A DNA stretch of 32,000 bases from Sulfolobus acidocaldarius DSM 639 (GTDB lineage: Archaea > Thermoproteota > Thermoprotei_A > Sulfolobales > Sulfolobaceae). The stretch is from positions 2,193,960-2,225,959 of the forward strand of contig NC_007181.1 in the NCBI RefSeq assembly GCF_000012285.1. Reading direction: 5' to 3'. Position numbers and translations under genes: made by a program. This document shows positions 1 through 8,900 of the stretch, piece by piece; within the stretch, counting starts at the first letter, position 1; every line of letters starts with the position of its first letter. The notes below the pieces were generated by a model. The model worked only from the letters and a program-made list of their open reading frames with translations, was not told where the DNA came from and made no database searches.

Positions 1-64
1 AACCATGTAAAGAGATTCAGCTATCAGTATTATAAGTAAATATTTAAAAAATCACTCTATAATT

Positions 65-400
65 TTAACCTAAAACGTTACTCATCTTTTCCACCAGTCT
101 CGTAAATAAAGCGGCATTCTTCTCTGCGTCTTTTTCTGTCTGATCGAGAACTTTCTTTATCTCCTCATCGTTAACCTTAGATAGCCTCTGCTTATATACA
201 ACTATCTTATTAAGCTCGTCTTCAAGAGAGTCTAGAATCACTTTCATTACATCTTTATCTACTTTACTGGTGCTAGAAGCTTTTTCCTTAAAACACGTAT
301 AATGAACTACTGCCTTGTTTGACATAAAGGTAAATAGTTCGTCCCAATAGATTGGCTTTCCACATAATCCACAGTTCCACTTGGTCTGAGGTCTGCTCAT
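65..400 (-). CDS. small hypothetical protein with N-terminal zinc-ribbon-like CxxC...HxxC motif and charged helical tail
   Basis: 111-aa ORF with ATG start (398-400). Motif WNCGLCGKP...VVHYTCF. Lys/Glu-rich C-terminal half. No family recognised with certainty. Confidence 0.5.
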   Translation of the reverse strand: MSRPQTKWNCGLCGKPIYWDELFTFMSNKAVVHYTCFKEKASSTSKVDKDVMKVILDSLEDELNKIVVYKQRLSKVNDEEIKKVLDQTEKDAEKNAALFTRLVEKMSNVLG

Positions 401-981
401 AATGGAACTTTCTCCCAGAGTAATAAAAGTTTTACCAAAAACTCAAATCCAATAATCTATTTGACGCATATACGACCACGAATTATAATAACTAACTTAT
501 CGAGGATAGCAGGCTCTCGAAGGGAACACATGAAGGACATAAAAATTTTGAAGATAGATGTAACGGCTTGGTTTAGAACATAGGTTACTGGATTTAGAGT
601 TAGAGTAGAAGGGTTAAAATTAACGGATCTTAATTAAAGATAAATTGTGAACTTCCTGACCTAAAAATCCTGATATTTCTGTCGTAAAAAAGGAGGGTAG
701 AAATATTGCCACTGGAGAAGCTTACAAAGCATTAAACAATTAAGATGTTAGAGAGTGCCAAAGATATTTACATTAGTTTAGTAAGATTAAGGAGTTGTAT
801 ACTTTACAATGTACTCAAGGGTATGGTTAGAAAACTAGAATTTGACTCAGATTTAACTAGATAATATAATGTAATGTTGTGTATAGAATCGTAAATTTTT
901 ATTTTATCCACTGTCGCATCTTCACATAGCTATTCAGATAGAACGAAAAGACATTAAAGTAAGACGGACATTAAGGTACTT

Positions 982-2145
982 ATGATACAAAAGAATATGA
1001 TTAACGATGCCAAATTTTATGATAAACTTATCGCATTCTTCTTTGAGACTGAAAACTGTACAAACTGTGAGGATTTATATAATAAAATTTTGAAATTGAC
1101 AATCTCTCAGAAATATTATTTTTTAAGGGCGAATGCCAATGAATACCTCTTTTACACAGTTAGATTTAGCAGGGGAGTTGTACCCTCAATAGGTATAATA
1201 AATACAAGTGGTGAACTCATAGGTATTATAGAGTCAGAGAACATTGACTACATACAAGCTAAGTTAAGAGAGATCTATGACAACAGAAACAAAATAAAGG
1301 GATTCAAAATAGATAAAATTACCACAACAAGAGAAATAAACACTGCTGATTTCTATGAGGTTGTCAACTACGCATTAGACGGCGGTCAGTTAGACTTTAG
1401 AGGAGCACAGTTTCTAAGGTTTTACGCTAAAATCCACAAAGAGTATGAGAAAGTGCTTGAAAGAGCCTTACCATTAGACCCATTTGCAGAGTATGTTTTA
1501 ACTGGAAAGAAACCTGATGTAGAGCATTACTACACATCAACTTTAGCAATATCAACAATACTAGGTCTATTCAACGACGATGTGATATCAAAGCTCCTTG
1601 AGAGAATAAACAGTGACGGGAGTGTTTACAGAAGTATAAGAAAAGAGGTAAATGGGCTACTTATAGATCAGGCATTAGTAGGACAAGCTCTACTGAGAGT
1701 ATATAAGAAGACTTGGGATCAAAAGTACCTTGACTTGGCTATGAAAGTTTACACTTACATCAAAGACAATCTGAAAGGCGATTTAGGATTTAGAGACATA
1801 AAACCATTGGACGAGGTAACCAAAGAGGAATTCTATGAACCAATATCCAATTCAGAAACAGCAATATTTCTCTCTCAGCTGTGGTCAGTGAACAATGATG
1901 AAACTTACCTCTTAGAGGCAAAAAAGGCTATGGAGGCAAGTTATACAATAGGCGGAAATGACATTAGAGTAATTCCAAGAGTTGCCATAGCTTATTTGAA
2001 GATTAATGAGTTAATAAAGAGCAGAGAGGAGATCAAGGATGACATTAGAGTTGAGGTTATGAAGGAGATAAGTTGCGAGGATAAGGATGCTGTAGTATAT
2101 AAGGGAAAGTGCGTGAAAATTGATGAAGTACAGAGTGAACTATAA
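982..2145 (+). CDS. hypothetical protein, possibly thioredoxin-like N-terminus plus alpha/alpha-toroid domain (DUF255/YyaL-like)
   Basis: 387-aa ORF with ATG at 982. N-terminal CTNC motif in a thioredoxin-like context. C-terminal LIDQALVGQALLRVYKKTWDQKYLDLAMKVY resembles YyaL-type helical repeats. Assignment is by eye only. Confidence 0.4.
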   Translation: MIQKNMINDAKFYDKLIAFFFETENCTNCEDLYNKILKLTISQKYYFLRANANEYLFYTVRFSRGVVPSIGIINTSGELIGIIESENIDYIQAKLREIYDNRNKIKGFKIDKITTTREINTADFYEVVNYALDGGQLDFRGAQFLRFYAKIHKEYEKVLERALPLDPFAEYVLTGKKPDVEHYYTSTLAISTILGLFNDDVISKLLERINSDGSVYRSIRKEVNGLLIDQALVGQALLRVYKKTWDQKYLDLAMKVYTYIKDNLKGDLGFRDIKPLDEVTKEEFYEPISNSETAIFLSQLWSVNNDETYLLEAKKAMEASYTIGGNDIRVIPRVAIAYLKINELIKSREEIKDDIRVEVMKEISCEDKDAVVYKGKCVKIDEVQSEL

Positions 2146-2191
2146 GTAGTGCGAGTTCTCAGTGGGTACAGACGACTCTGCTGATTAGAGC

Positions 2192-2899
2192 CTATAACTT
2201 CACGTAAATTTTCTTAGTAAATCTAGACAGATGCTTTGCTAGTCCTCCTTCGCACACTACTCTTAGTGCCTTTATCTTGTCCACAGCGATCACTTTTCCG
2301 ATATAGTCAAATCCGTATTTCTTCAGGGTAATAGGGGCGTAGACAGATGATATACCACTTAAGATGAGATGATCAGTTGATATGGAGGCTAAAATCTTCT
2401 CAATATTTCCCGCTACAAGAGCTGAACCGAATATTACAGTACTATCACATGTCTCTGAGGTAAATGACGAGAAGGGCTTCACTGTAACATTATCAAAGGA
2501 TCTCTGGGGAGGATTCCAGAAGTCATATATAGTTACGGATACAAACCTATTTGTAACTGTTCCTGGCGAGTAGCCAAACACACAGAGCTTATTCCCTTCT
2601 AATACATCTATAGGATCACCATTCTCATAGCCTTCAATATTTCCCACACTGTTCAGTATTGCAACAGACACTGACCTCTCTATAGGTGAGTTCTTTAAGC
2701 TTTCAACTAAGCTTACTGCGTCGTTACCAAAAACCTCACCACAGAGCGAGTTTTCACCTTCAGTAATAGTGTGGGAAATTCCTAAAGAACCATCACTTAG
2801 CATAACTGAAGTGTAAGCCACACCAATGCAATTATTTACAACTTTCTTACCTTTTAATGAATGCCTTAACTCATCAATCATTTCATCTAATAGCATCAT
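2192..2899 (-). CDS. DUF4213/DUF364-like Rossmann-type protein (putative metal-chelation domain family)
   Basis: 235-aa ORF with ATG start. N-terminal IGVAYTSVMLSDGSLGISHT and overall size match my recollection of the DUF4213/DUF364 family. Not verifiable here. Confidence 0.5.
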   Translation of the reverse strand: MMLLDEMIDELRHSLKGKKVVNNCIGVAYTSVMLSDGSLGISHTITEGENSLCGEVFGNDAVSLVESLKNSPIERSVSVAILNSVGNIEGYENGDPIDVLEGNKLCVFGYSPGTVTNRFVSVTIYDFWNPPQRSFDNVTVKPFSSFTSETCDSTVIFGSALVAGNIEKILASISTDHLILSGISSVYAPITLKKYGFDYIGKVIAVDKIKALRVVCEGGLAKHLSRFTKKIYVKL

Positions 2900-2932
2900 T
2901 AAATATTTAGATAGGGGAAATTAAAATTAAAG

Positions 2933-2984
2933 TGAATGAAGACGTTCCACCCGAGCGAGTGATGAGCGAAACGGTTAATACTGA
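2933..2984 (+). ncRNA. candidate C/D-box sRNA unit W (least canonical of three tandem units)
   Basis: C-like UGAAGA at 2937-2942, internal GUGAUGA at 2959-2965, terminal CUGA at 2981-2984. The 38 nt between C core and D box matches the neighbouring units. D-prime/C-prime geometry is ambiguous. Confidence 0.3.
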
Positions 2985-3033
2985 TGATGATGTGGGAAGA
3001 GCCAGATTAAGATGAAGACCTCTCCTATTCTGA
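2985..3033 (+). ncRNA. candidate C/D-box sRNA unit X
   Basis: UGAUGA (2985-2990), 12 nt guide tgtgggaagagc, CAGA (3003-3006), 5 nt, AUGAAGA (3012-3018), 11 nt guide cctctcctatt, CUGA (3030-3033). The 39-nt C-to-D spacing equals that of the canonical sRNA at 23155-23209. Confidence 0.55.
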
Positions 3034-3081
3034 TGATGACGCCGAGCACTAACGATTAGGTGAGTTCAGGACCACAGCTGA
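3034..3081 (+). ncRNA. candidate C/D-box sRNA unit Y
   Basis: UGAUGA (3034-3039), 12 nt guide cgccgagcacta, degenerate D-prime ACGA (3052-3055), degenerate C-prime GUGAGUU (3060-3066), 11 nt guide caggaccacag, CUGA (3078-3081). A T5 run at 3134-3138 lies downstream. Confidence 0.45.
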
Positions 3082-3188
3082 AAGTATATTTGCTCTTCAC
3101 CAGACTATCATCTAAATGACAAGGCTAAAATCGTTTTTAATATTTAATTTCAATTTAGGATAGTTATATCGTTTAATTGAAAAGACAG

Positions 3189-3197
3189 TTTTTAAAT
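3189..3197 (+). promoter_or_regulatory. TATA-like box for the PadR gene (leaderless-type spacing)
   Basis: TTTTTAAAT centred about 27 nt upstream of the ATG at 3220, the usual archaeal TATA-to-start distance for leaderless mRNAs. Confidence 0.35.
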
Positions 3198-3219
3198 CTA
3201 AAGTGGTAAATTAACAAAT

Positions 3220-3699
3220 ATGAGTATGAAAAAGATAGTATCAGATAGGGTAAGAAGAGGAACACTAAGGCTTTTAGTTTTAAGTTCATTAGCTGAAAAA
3301 CCCATGTACCTATACGAGATCATAAAGAGTATAGAGACTAAGGCAGAAGGATTTTACAGACCTAGTACTGGCTCAATTTATCCTGTACTCAGGAGTCTAG
3401 CAAGGGATGGATACATAATAATACAAGAGAGGGACGGTAAAAAGATATACAGCCTCACAGATAAAGGAGTAAAAAAAGTTGAGGAAATTAAGATAGAGAT
3501 CGAGTCCCTCTTTACAAGAGATCCTCTGAAGAGGAGAGTTATTGATCTACTATTCAATATTGGACTAACTGTGCATATCAACAGGAAAAAGATTGATGAT
3601 AAAGTTTTAAACCAACTTATTACTGATCTCGAGAAATGCATGGCTTTAGTGGAAGAGGCTATAAAAAGTAAAGGAGAGAAAACAGTTACCCAGGTTTGA
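3220..3699 (+). CDS. PadR-family winged-helix transcriptional regulator
   Basis: LRLLVLSSLAEKPMYLYEIIKSIE...STGSIYPVLRSLARDGYI...YSLTDKG is the typical PadR wHTH signature. 159 aa, ATG start. Confidence 0.85.
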   Translation: MSMKKIVSDRVRRGTLRLLVLSSLAEKPMYLYEIIKSIETKAEGFYRPSTGSIYPVLRSLARDGYIIIQERDGKKIYSLTDKGVKKVEEIKIEIESLFTRDPLKRRVIDLLFNIGLTVHINRKKIDDKVLNQLITDLEKCMALVEEAIKSKGEKTVTQV

Positions 3700-3702
3700 A
3701 AT

Positions 3703-4257
3703 CTAGTTGTTCAAGAAGTCCAGTAGCTTTAGGCTTTTCTCTACTACTTTCATAGGATCATTATCTATTACGAAAATTCCTGGCTCTTTGCCGAAATCAC
3801 CCAGATCAACAATGTAATTAGGTATCCTCTTTAGCGTATTAAAAGCCAATTCAACCATATAGTTCATTGTTTTCCTCTCCTTCGTCTTCTGTTCTGCAGG
3901 TTCCTCTCTCCTGCTAAAAATGAAAACCTGATCATTAGGTAAATTATCCACAATCTCTCTGTAGTATTTCAGGTTTATGGCACTCCTCTTCTCGCTATCG
4001 TACTTCATAGACGTTAATATCACTCTTGCTATATGGTCAGAGGCACCAAAGGATGGAGGTAAACAATAGATTACCCTGTTAAATGCCACTGTAAGTCTTC
4101 CAGGAATAGCTGCCACATCGCTTATGTCCTTAGCATTTGAAAGTGAATAACCCAAATTAGTCTTAACCTCTGGTATTAATAGGTAAGATTTCTCATTAGA
4201 TGCAAACTTGTCTACTGCTTCTTTCAACTTAACTAAGATCTCGTCTCTTTCATCCAT
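3703..4257 (-). CDS. thiN: ThiN-type thiamine-phosphate synthase domain protein
   Basis: IPEVKTNLGY...DVAAIPGRL...PSFGASDHIARVILT matches the archaeal ThiN domain motifs as I recall them. 184 aa, ATG start. Confidence 0.65.
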   Translation of the reverse strand: MDERDEILVKLKEAVDKFASNEKSYLLIPEVKTNLGYSLSNAKDISDVAAIPGRLTVAFNRVIYCLPPSFGASDHIARVILTSMKYDSEKRSAINLKYYREIVDNLPNDQVFIFSRREEPAEQKTKERKTMNYMVELAFNTLKRIPNYIVDLGDFGKEPGIFVIDNDPMKVVEKSLKLLDFLNN

Positions 4258-4390
4258 AAGTATAGTTTACTATCATAACCTATATTGTTTTTCAATTAGA
4301 AAGTAAAGTGATAAGAGTCTTACTCGCAGAAATTAAAACGAGCATTTTACCTGACAGAAATGATTTACGACCTAAAATATGCGACTTGAG

Positions 4391-4430
4391 AAAAATCACA
4401 AAAAATAAAAAAAGTAATACGTAAAAAAAT
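4391..4430 (-). terminator. oligo-T terminator cluster downstream of slaB
   Basis: Read on the minus strand, the region directly after the slaB TAA stop contains T7, T7, T6 and T5 runs. Oligo-T tracts are the known archaeal termination signal. Confidence 0.5.
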
Positions 4431-4439
4431 AATATCTTT

Positions 4440-5867
4440 TTAACTTATCTTCCTATAAACCAAAACTATTGCAACTATTGCAACTATCAAGCCTATTATA
4501 CCAGCTATGATACCGCCGTACACTAATGGTGTTAAACTATTTACTTTACTCTGTAGGCTGTTTAACTGACCACTCAAATTGGTTATACTACTATTTAAGC
4601 TACTGATCTTACCTTGTAATGCATTTAACTGACTACTTAATGAACTAGCAGTACCACTCAAGGAGCTTATAGTTGAATTTAGTGAGGCTAAGGTGTTCTG
4701 CAAACTGGTGATCCTTTGCGATAATGAGCTTAGAGAGCTGTTAAGAGTTGATATCTGAGTCTGTAAGTTGTTTACCGTCTTCTCTAGGTTAGTTATATTT
4801 TGCACTAAACTACTTATCTCCTTATTCACCAAAGCCTGGAGGTTCTGGTTAGCTTGTACACTCATTAAATACTTTGTAGATAATGTTTGACCGGAAGAAG
4901 TTGTATAGTTGGCAACAATCAAGAGCTGGAACACATAGTTCTGAACAGACTCTGTTGGAGGCATAATTGTTATATTATACATACCGGCATACTTACCAGA
5001 GGTAATTACTGAGGCTTTCACTGTTTGTGTTCCATTAGGATAGTACACCTGAGCTGAGACTGGAGCAGTTGTAACTCGCTGACCTGCAAAGGATACCTGA
5101 GCTAATATATACGCTGGGAGACCTTGATATACCACAATACTAGATAAGGACGGACCACTGCCAATTACAGTACCATTCTGTATCACATACATTGGAGCTA
5201 TAGTTACTACGGCAGGAACAAGTGTAATTGTCACACTAGCATTTTGCTGACCAGTTATACTCACTGAAGCAGTACTAGCAGCATACCCTTGAAGCGAAGC
5301 TACTAACTTAAATGTCTGGGTAACTCCTGGGAACGATAATACAGTAAAAGTAGCAACACCTTGCGAGTTAGTAGTCTGAGTAGCTACTAGAGTATTTGAA
5401 CCTGAAGTCGTATTGTAGAGCTGTACTGTTGCCCCAGCTAATGGGGAGCCTTCCTGATTTACTACTGTTGCTGTTATCGTCGAGGTTAATGGCACATATT
5501 GCACATTCACAGATGCGCTCTCAGATGTTGTTCCCTGAACGGACAAGCTGACGGTATAAGTTCCTACGGTAGTAAATCCAGGAGTAGATCCGAATGTGGC
5601 AATAGTAGCCGTTAAACCTCCACTTGAGTTAGTTTGATAAACGTTGTTGTATACTACATTGCCCTTAGGGTCATATACGTATAGTGTAACTAAGGCATTA
5701 GGTTGTGACTGTATGCTAAGCACTAATTGTTGACCATATTTGTAAGTCTGGTTGGGCACTGGACTGTAAAAAGTTATTCCATTTATAGTTACAGCTGAAA
5801 TTGCTATTGGAGCTAAAACTAAGCTCAATAATACAATGGGAGTTAATATAGCTAAGTTCTTATTCAT
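4440..5867 (-). CDS. slaB: S-layer membrane-anchor (stalk) protein SlaB
   Basis: Signal peptide, beta-rich Thr/Ser/Val-rich domains including a carboxypeptidase-regulatory-like domain, a long Ser/Leu/Asn heptad coiled coil, and a single C-terminal TM helix (GIIAGIIGLIVAIVAIVLVY). Lies immediately downstream of slaA. I chose the ATG at 5867 (475 aa) over 5873 because GGGTG (5875-5879) then sits 7 nt upstream. Confidence 0.93.
   Translation of the reverse strand: MNKNLAILTPIVLLSLVLAPIAISAVTINGITFYSPVPNQTYKYGQQLVLSIQSQPNALVTLYVYDPKGNVVYNNVYQTNSSGGLTATIATFGSTPGFTTVGTYTVSLSVQGTTSESASVNVQYVPLTSTITATVVNQEGSPLAGATVQLYNTTSGSNTLVATQTTNSQGVATFTVLSFPGVTQTFKLVASLQGYAASTASVSITGQQNASVTITLVPAVVTIAPMYVIQNGTVIGSGPSLSSIVVYQGLPAYILAQVSFAGQRVTTAPVSAQVYYPNGTQTVKASVITSGKYAGMYNITIMPPTESVQNYVFQLLIVANYTTSSGQTLSTKYLMSVQANQNLQALVNKEISSLVQNITNLEKTVNNLQTQISTLNSSLSSLSQRITSLQNTLASLNSTISSLSGTASSLSSQLNALQGKISSLNSSITNLSGQLNSLQSKVNSLTPLVYGGIIAGIIGLIVAIVAIVLVYRKIS
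4533..4850 (-). repeat. heptad-repeat (coiled-coil) coding region of slaB
   Basis: Protein segment VNKEISSLVQNITNLEKTVNNLQTQISTLNSSLSSLSQRITSLQNTLASLNSTISSLSG...SKVNSL shows reiterated SSL/NSL heptads. The DNA is correspondingly repetitive. Confidence 0.6.
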
Positions 5868-5937
5868 ACACATACACCCGATATGTTATAAATTGAGAAA
5901 AATTTAAAAAAGGATTTACTTAAAAACATTTTTCCCA
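5868..5937 (-). promoter_or_regulatory. slaA-slaB intergenic region with T-tracts, a TATA-like element and an SD-like GGGTG
   Basis: Minus strand reads TGA-TGGGAAAAATGTTTTTAAGTAAATCCTTTTTTAAATTTTTCTCAATTTATAACATATCGGGTGTATGTGT-ATG. It has three T5-T6 runs, TTTATAA about 22 nt upstream of the ATG, and GGGTG 7 nt upstream. Confidence 0.4.
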
Positions 5938-8900
5938 TCATTGAGTTAATGTTACGTTTGTGAATATTAATTGTGCTGGATATTCAGATAGCACTGGACC
6001 GCCTGCAAATGGTACTGCGCTTAATACTATAACATATTTACCAGCAGGTAAGTTAGATATTCCCTGTAATTGTACATACACTAGTAAGTTTGGTACACTA
6101 GTGCCTATACCTAATGCTGGATAGGCTCTTACAGCAGAGTAAGAGAAGTACACTGGTGCAGCAGTTGGACTTCCAGTATGTACATTGAACTGGGAGGCTT
6201 CATAGACGAAAGCCTGTATCTGGAATTCTTGTGGATATGGTAATATGCTAGTTACATATATCTTCAAAACTTGCTGCTGTGGAGTAATTACTATAGAGCC
6301 ATTATACTCATACTTCAGCTTTGGAGCATTTGGTAGTGGAACTTGAGCAGGAACCTGGAATGGAGCTAACCTAATTGGAGTGAAGTTCTCAGCAGTTATT
6401 GGAACTTGAGTAGTTGAAGTTCCTACACCGTCAGAGACAGTTATAATTGCAGTAGCATTAGCACCTATAGCCGAACCAGTATAGGTTACAAATGGTAATA
6501 GGAACAAGCCAGCTGGTCCTAAAGAGTATGCCTTACCGTTCAAAACAATTGCTAAACTACCATTGGTGTAAACTGCAAATGAAGTCTTAGTTAACGAACT
6601 AGGTATTTGGACAACAGTATTGTTTGGAACTATAGTAAATTGTAAACTTCCAGTAAATGTGCCATTACCCGCAGCTAGTTCAGTTAATGTGGGCAATACG
6701 TTTCCAGATAATGTTGCAACAGTCTGTCCATATATGTTAGTTATTACAGTCTGTCCACTGGTGGAATTATAGTAAACAGAGGCTTTTCCACCTAATCCAA
6801 CTACAGTAATATTCACTGTACTTAATGATAATATAGCGCTTGGATTAGTTTTAGCAAACTGTAAATCACTGTAGGTCATGAAAGGCTGCTTTACGACATT
6901 TTCAGCTATGAACCATGGTGGGGCAAAAGTTATGTTACCTGTGTATGGATAAGCAGTTAGTAAGAACTCTACGACACCAGCACCCTTGGCTACTAAGCTT
7001 AATGTCGATAGAGCAACCAACTTTGTTGTTGCTGTTAGAGTTTCGCCAGTTACGTAATCATGGTAAGTTACACTTAATATGCTATTATTCAACTGCTGTA
7101 CATTTAGATTTAGTAATTTCTCTAATCCGGTTATACTTATTCCAAACTGGAATGTACCATTGCATGCCTGCAATTCTTGTCCAACTAGCTGTGGGAATAA
7201 AGTCTGCATATTGCTGGTCGTTAGAGGTATAACTACAGTAGTACCATTACTCAATGTTACTGAGATACTCTTTATGAAACCTAGGTACTGCTGGACTGCA
7301 GATACACCAAATAACACGTAGTTGGGTGAATTCCATAGTGAAGTACCATTTGTGCCTAGTCCTATATAGGTTGGTAATGGGCTACCGTAGTAGGGTTCAC
7401 TCAAGTACAGTGGTACACTTAGCTGGTATAATGGAGTTGTGGAAGATGGGAAGTATAAGTTTGCAGTTACATTAGGTACACTAACTGTTTTGAATACTTT
7501 ATACTGTCCTGTTGAGTAGAAGTAATGTAAAACAGCGTAGTCTGTTGTTGTATATGTCAATTTGATATTTGAACCGACAAAGCTTCCATTTGGAACTACA
7601 TATATTAGAGTGTTCTGAGACGCGACATATAATCCATTAATCATATTATTACCTACCGTAGCACCATCTATTTTGTAAGTAATGTATATGTTCAAATTAT
7701 AGTTAGGAGTTGCCATACCTGGTAAAGGTGATGGTACTTGAGCTGCACTTGGTAATAGATACATAAATCCAGGGCTTGAAGTAGATGATGGTAATGAAGC
7801 AGAAACTGGGGAGGCAACTATTGATAAACCACCCATCAATACGGGCATTCCATTAACAGTCTGTATGAAGTAATAATTATCAGTTGGGTTATTATCAGCG
7901 TACTGGGATAGATAGTTGGTATTGCCTGTCAATGCTACAGGAGAGAATGGACCGGATTGGGCAGTATAAGTGAACGTTGTCACTGCAGCACCCTTATTGA
8001 AGTTGCTATAACCAAACACACCAGATGGGTTATATACACTGCTTCCTGGGAATATTACAGCACCTGTTATATTCATATTACCATACTTTAATGGCAATGA
8101 GGATGTAGTAAAGCTTCCAGATGGATATGGATCTAAGACTGCATCAGGATCATATATTGTCACGGTAACATAGTTGTTTGGACAGATGAAGTTCTGATAA
8201 TTATATGGTGCTGTCGAAATACTTGGAGGTATAACGATTCCATAGAAGTAACCTAGATTTACACTTAATTTATTGTTGACGGTGTCGTAAGCAGACACTG
8301 TTACGCTAGTTAAGTTACCCCACAATCCAAAGTCAACTAAGGCTATATAAGATGTGGATGGAACAGTGAAGAATTCTAACTGTAGTGGTGATGTACCAGT
8401 CTCTGTCGCTGGTACTGATGGCGCTAATAAAGTTAAACCAAACGGAGCTAGTGTGGTAACCTCGGTCAAATTATTATTCATGACTTGCATTGGCTCCTGA
8501 GAACCAGCAAAGGATAATACGTAGTCAGAAGTCTTGTTATAAAGTGCGCCTATCACATAAGCCATAGCTGTAGTACCATTTATTGCAGCATAACCTGGAG
8601 TTACAATAATTCCATTAAAACTATATTGTGTTAGAGGTATATTCTCATAAGTTAAGGTTGCATTAGTTAATAGATTTACTGTGGCAGATGCAGAAGTTGC
8701 AGTTAATTTTCCTTGGGCAGTTATAGTCGAAGAACCAGTTATACTAATCTCAGATGGTGGTGTACTTAATATTGCAGTGGAATAATAAGGCGACTGTGTA
8801 GTTGAGACATTAATACCTTCATATGCAACGGCTTTCAATAATATCTGAGATACGTAATTGGTTAAAGTCGGGGTAGAGCCAACAGTTATTTGGACAGTGT

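Noticed and set aside
745-864. 39-codon ATG-initiated ORF (MLESAKDIYISLVRLRSCILYNVLKGMVRKLEFDSDLTR) in the 401-981 gap
   Set aside because: No SD or TATA element at a suitable distance, no recognisable motif, and a length within chance expectation.
2121-2184. TGATGA ... CTGA pair at the 3-prime end of the 387-aa gene, resembling a C/D sRNA
   Set aside because: The C-to-D distance is 54 nt, versus 38-39 nt in the convincing examples, and there are no plausible internal D-prime/C-prime boxes.
4308-4354. GTGATAAGA ... CAGA ... CTGA on the plus strand between slaB and thiN, resembling a C/D sRNA
   Set aside because: The C box is imperfect (UGAUAA), no C-prime box is present and the spacing is short (36 nt). 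It is not distinguishable from chance.
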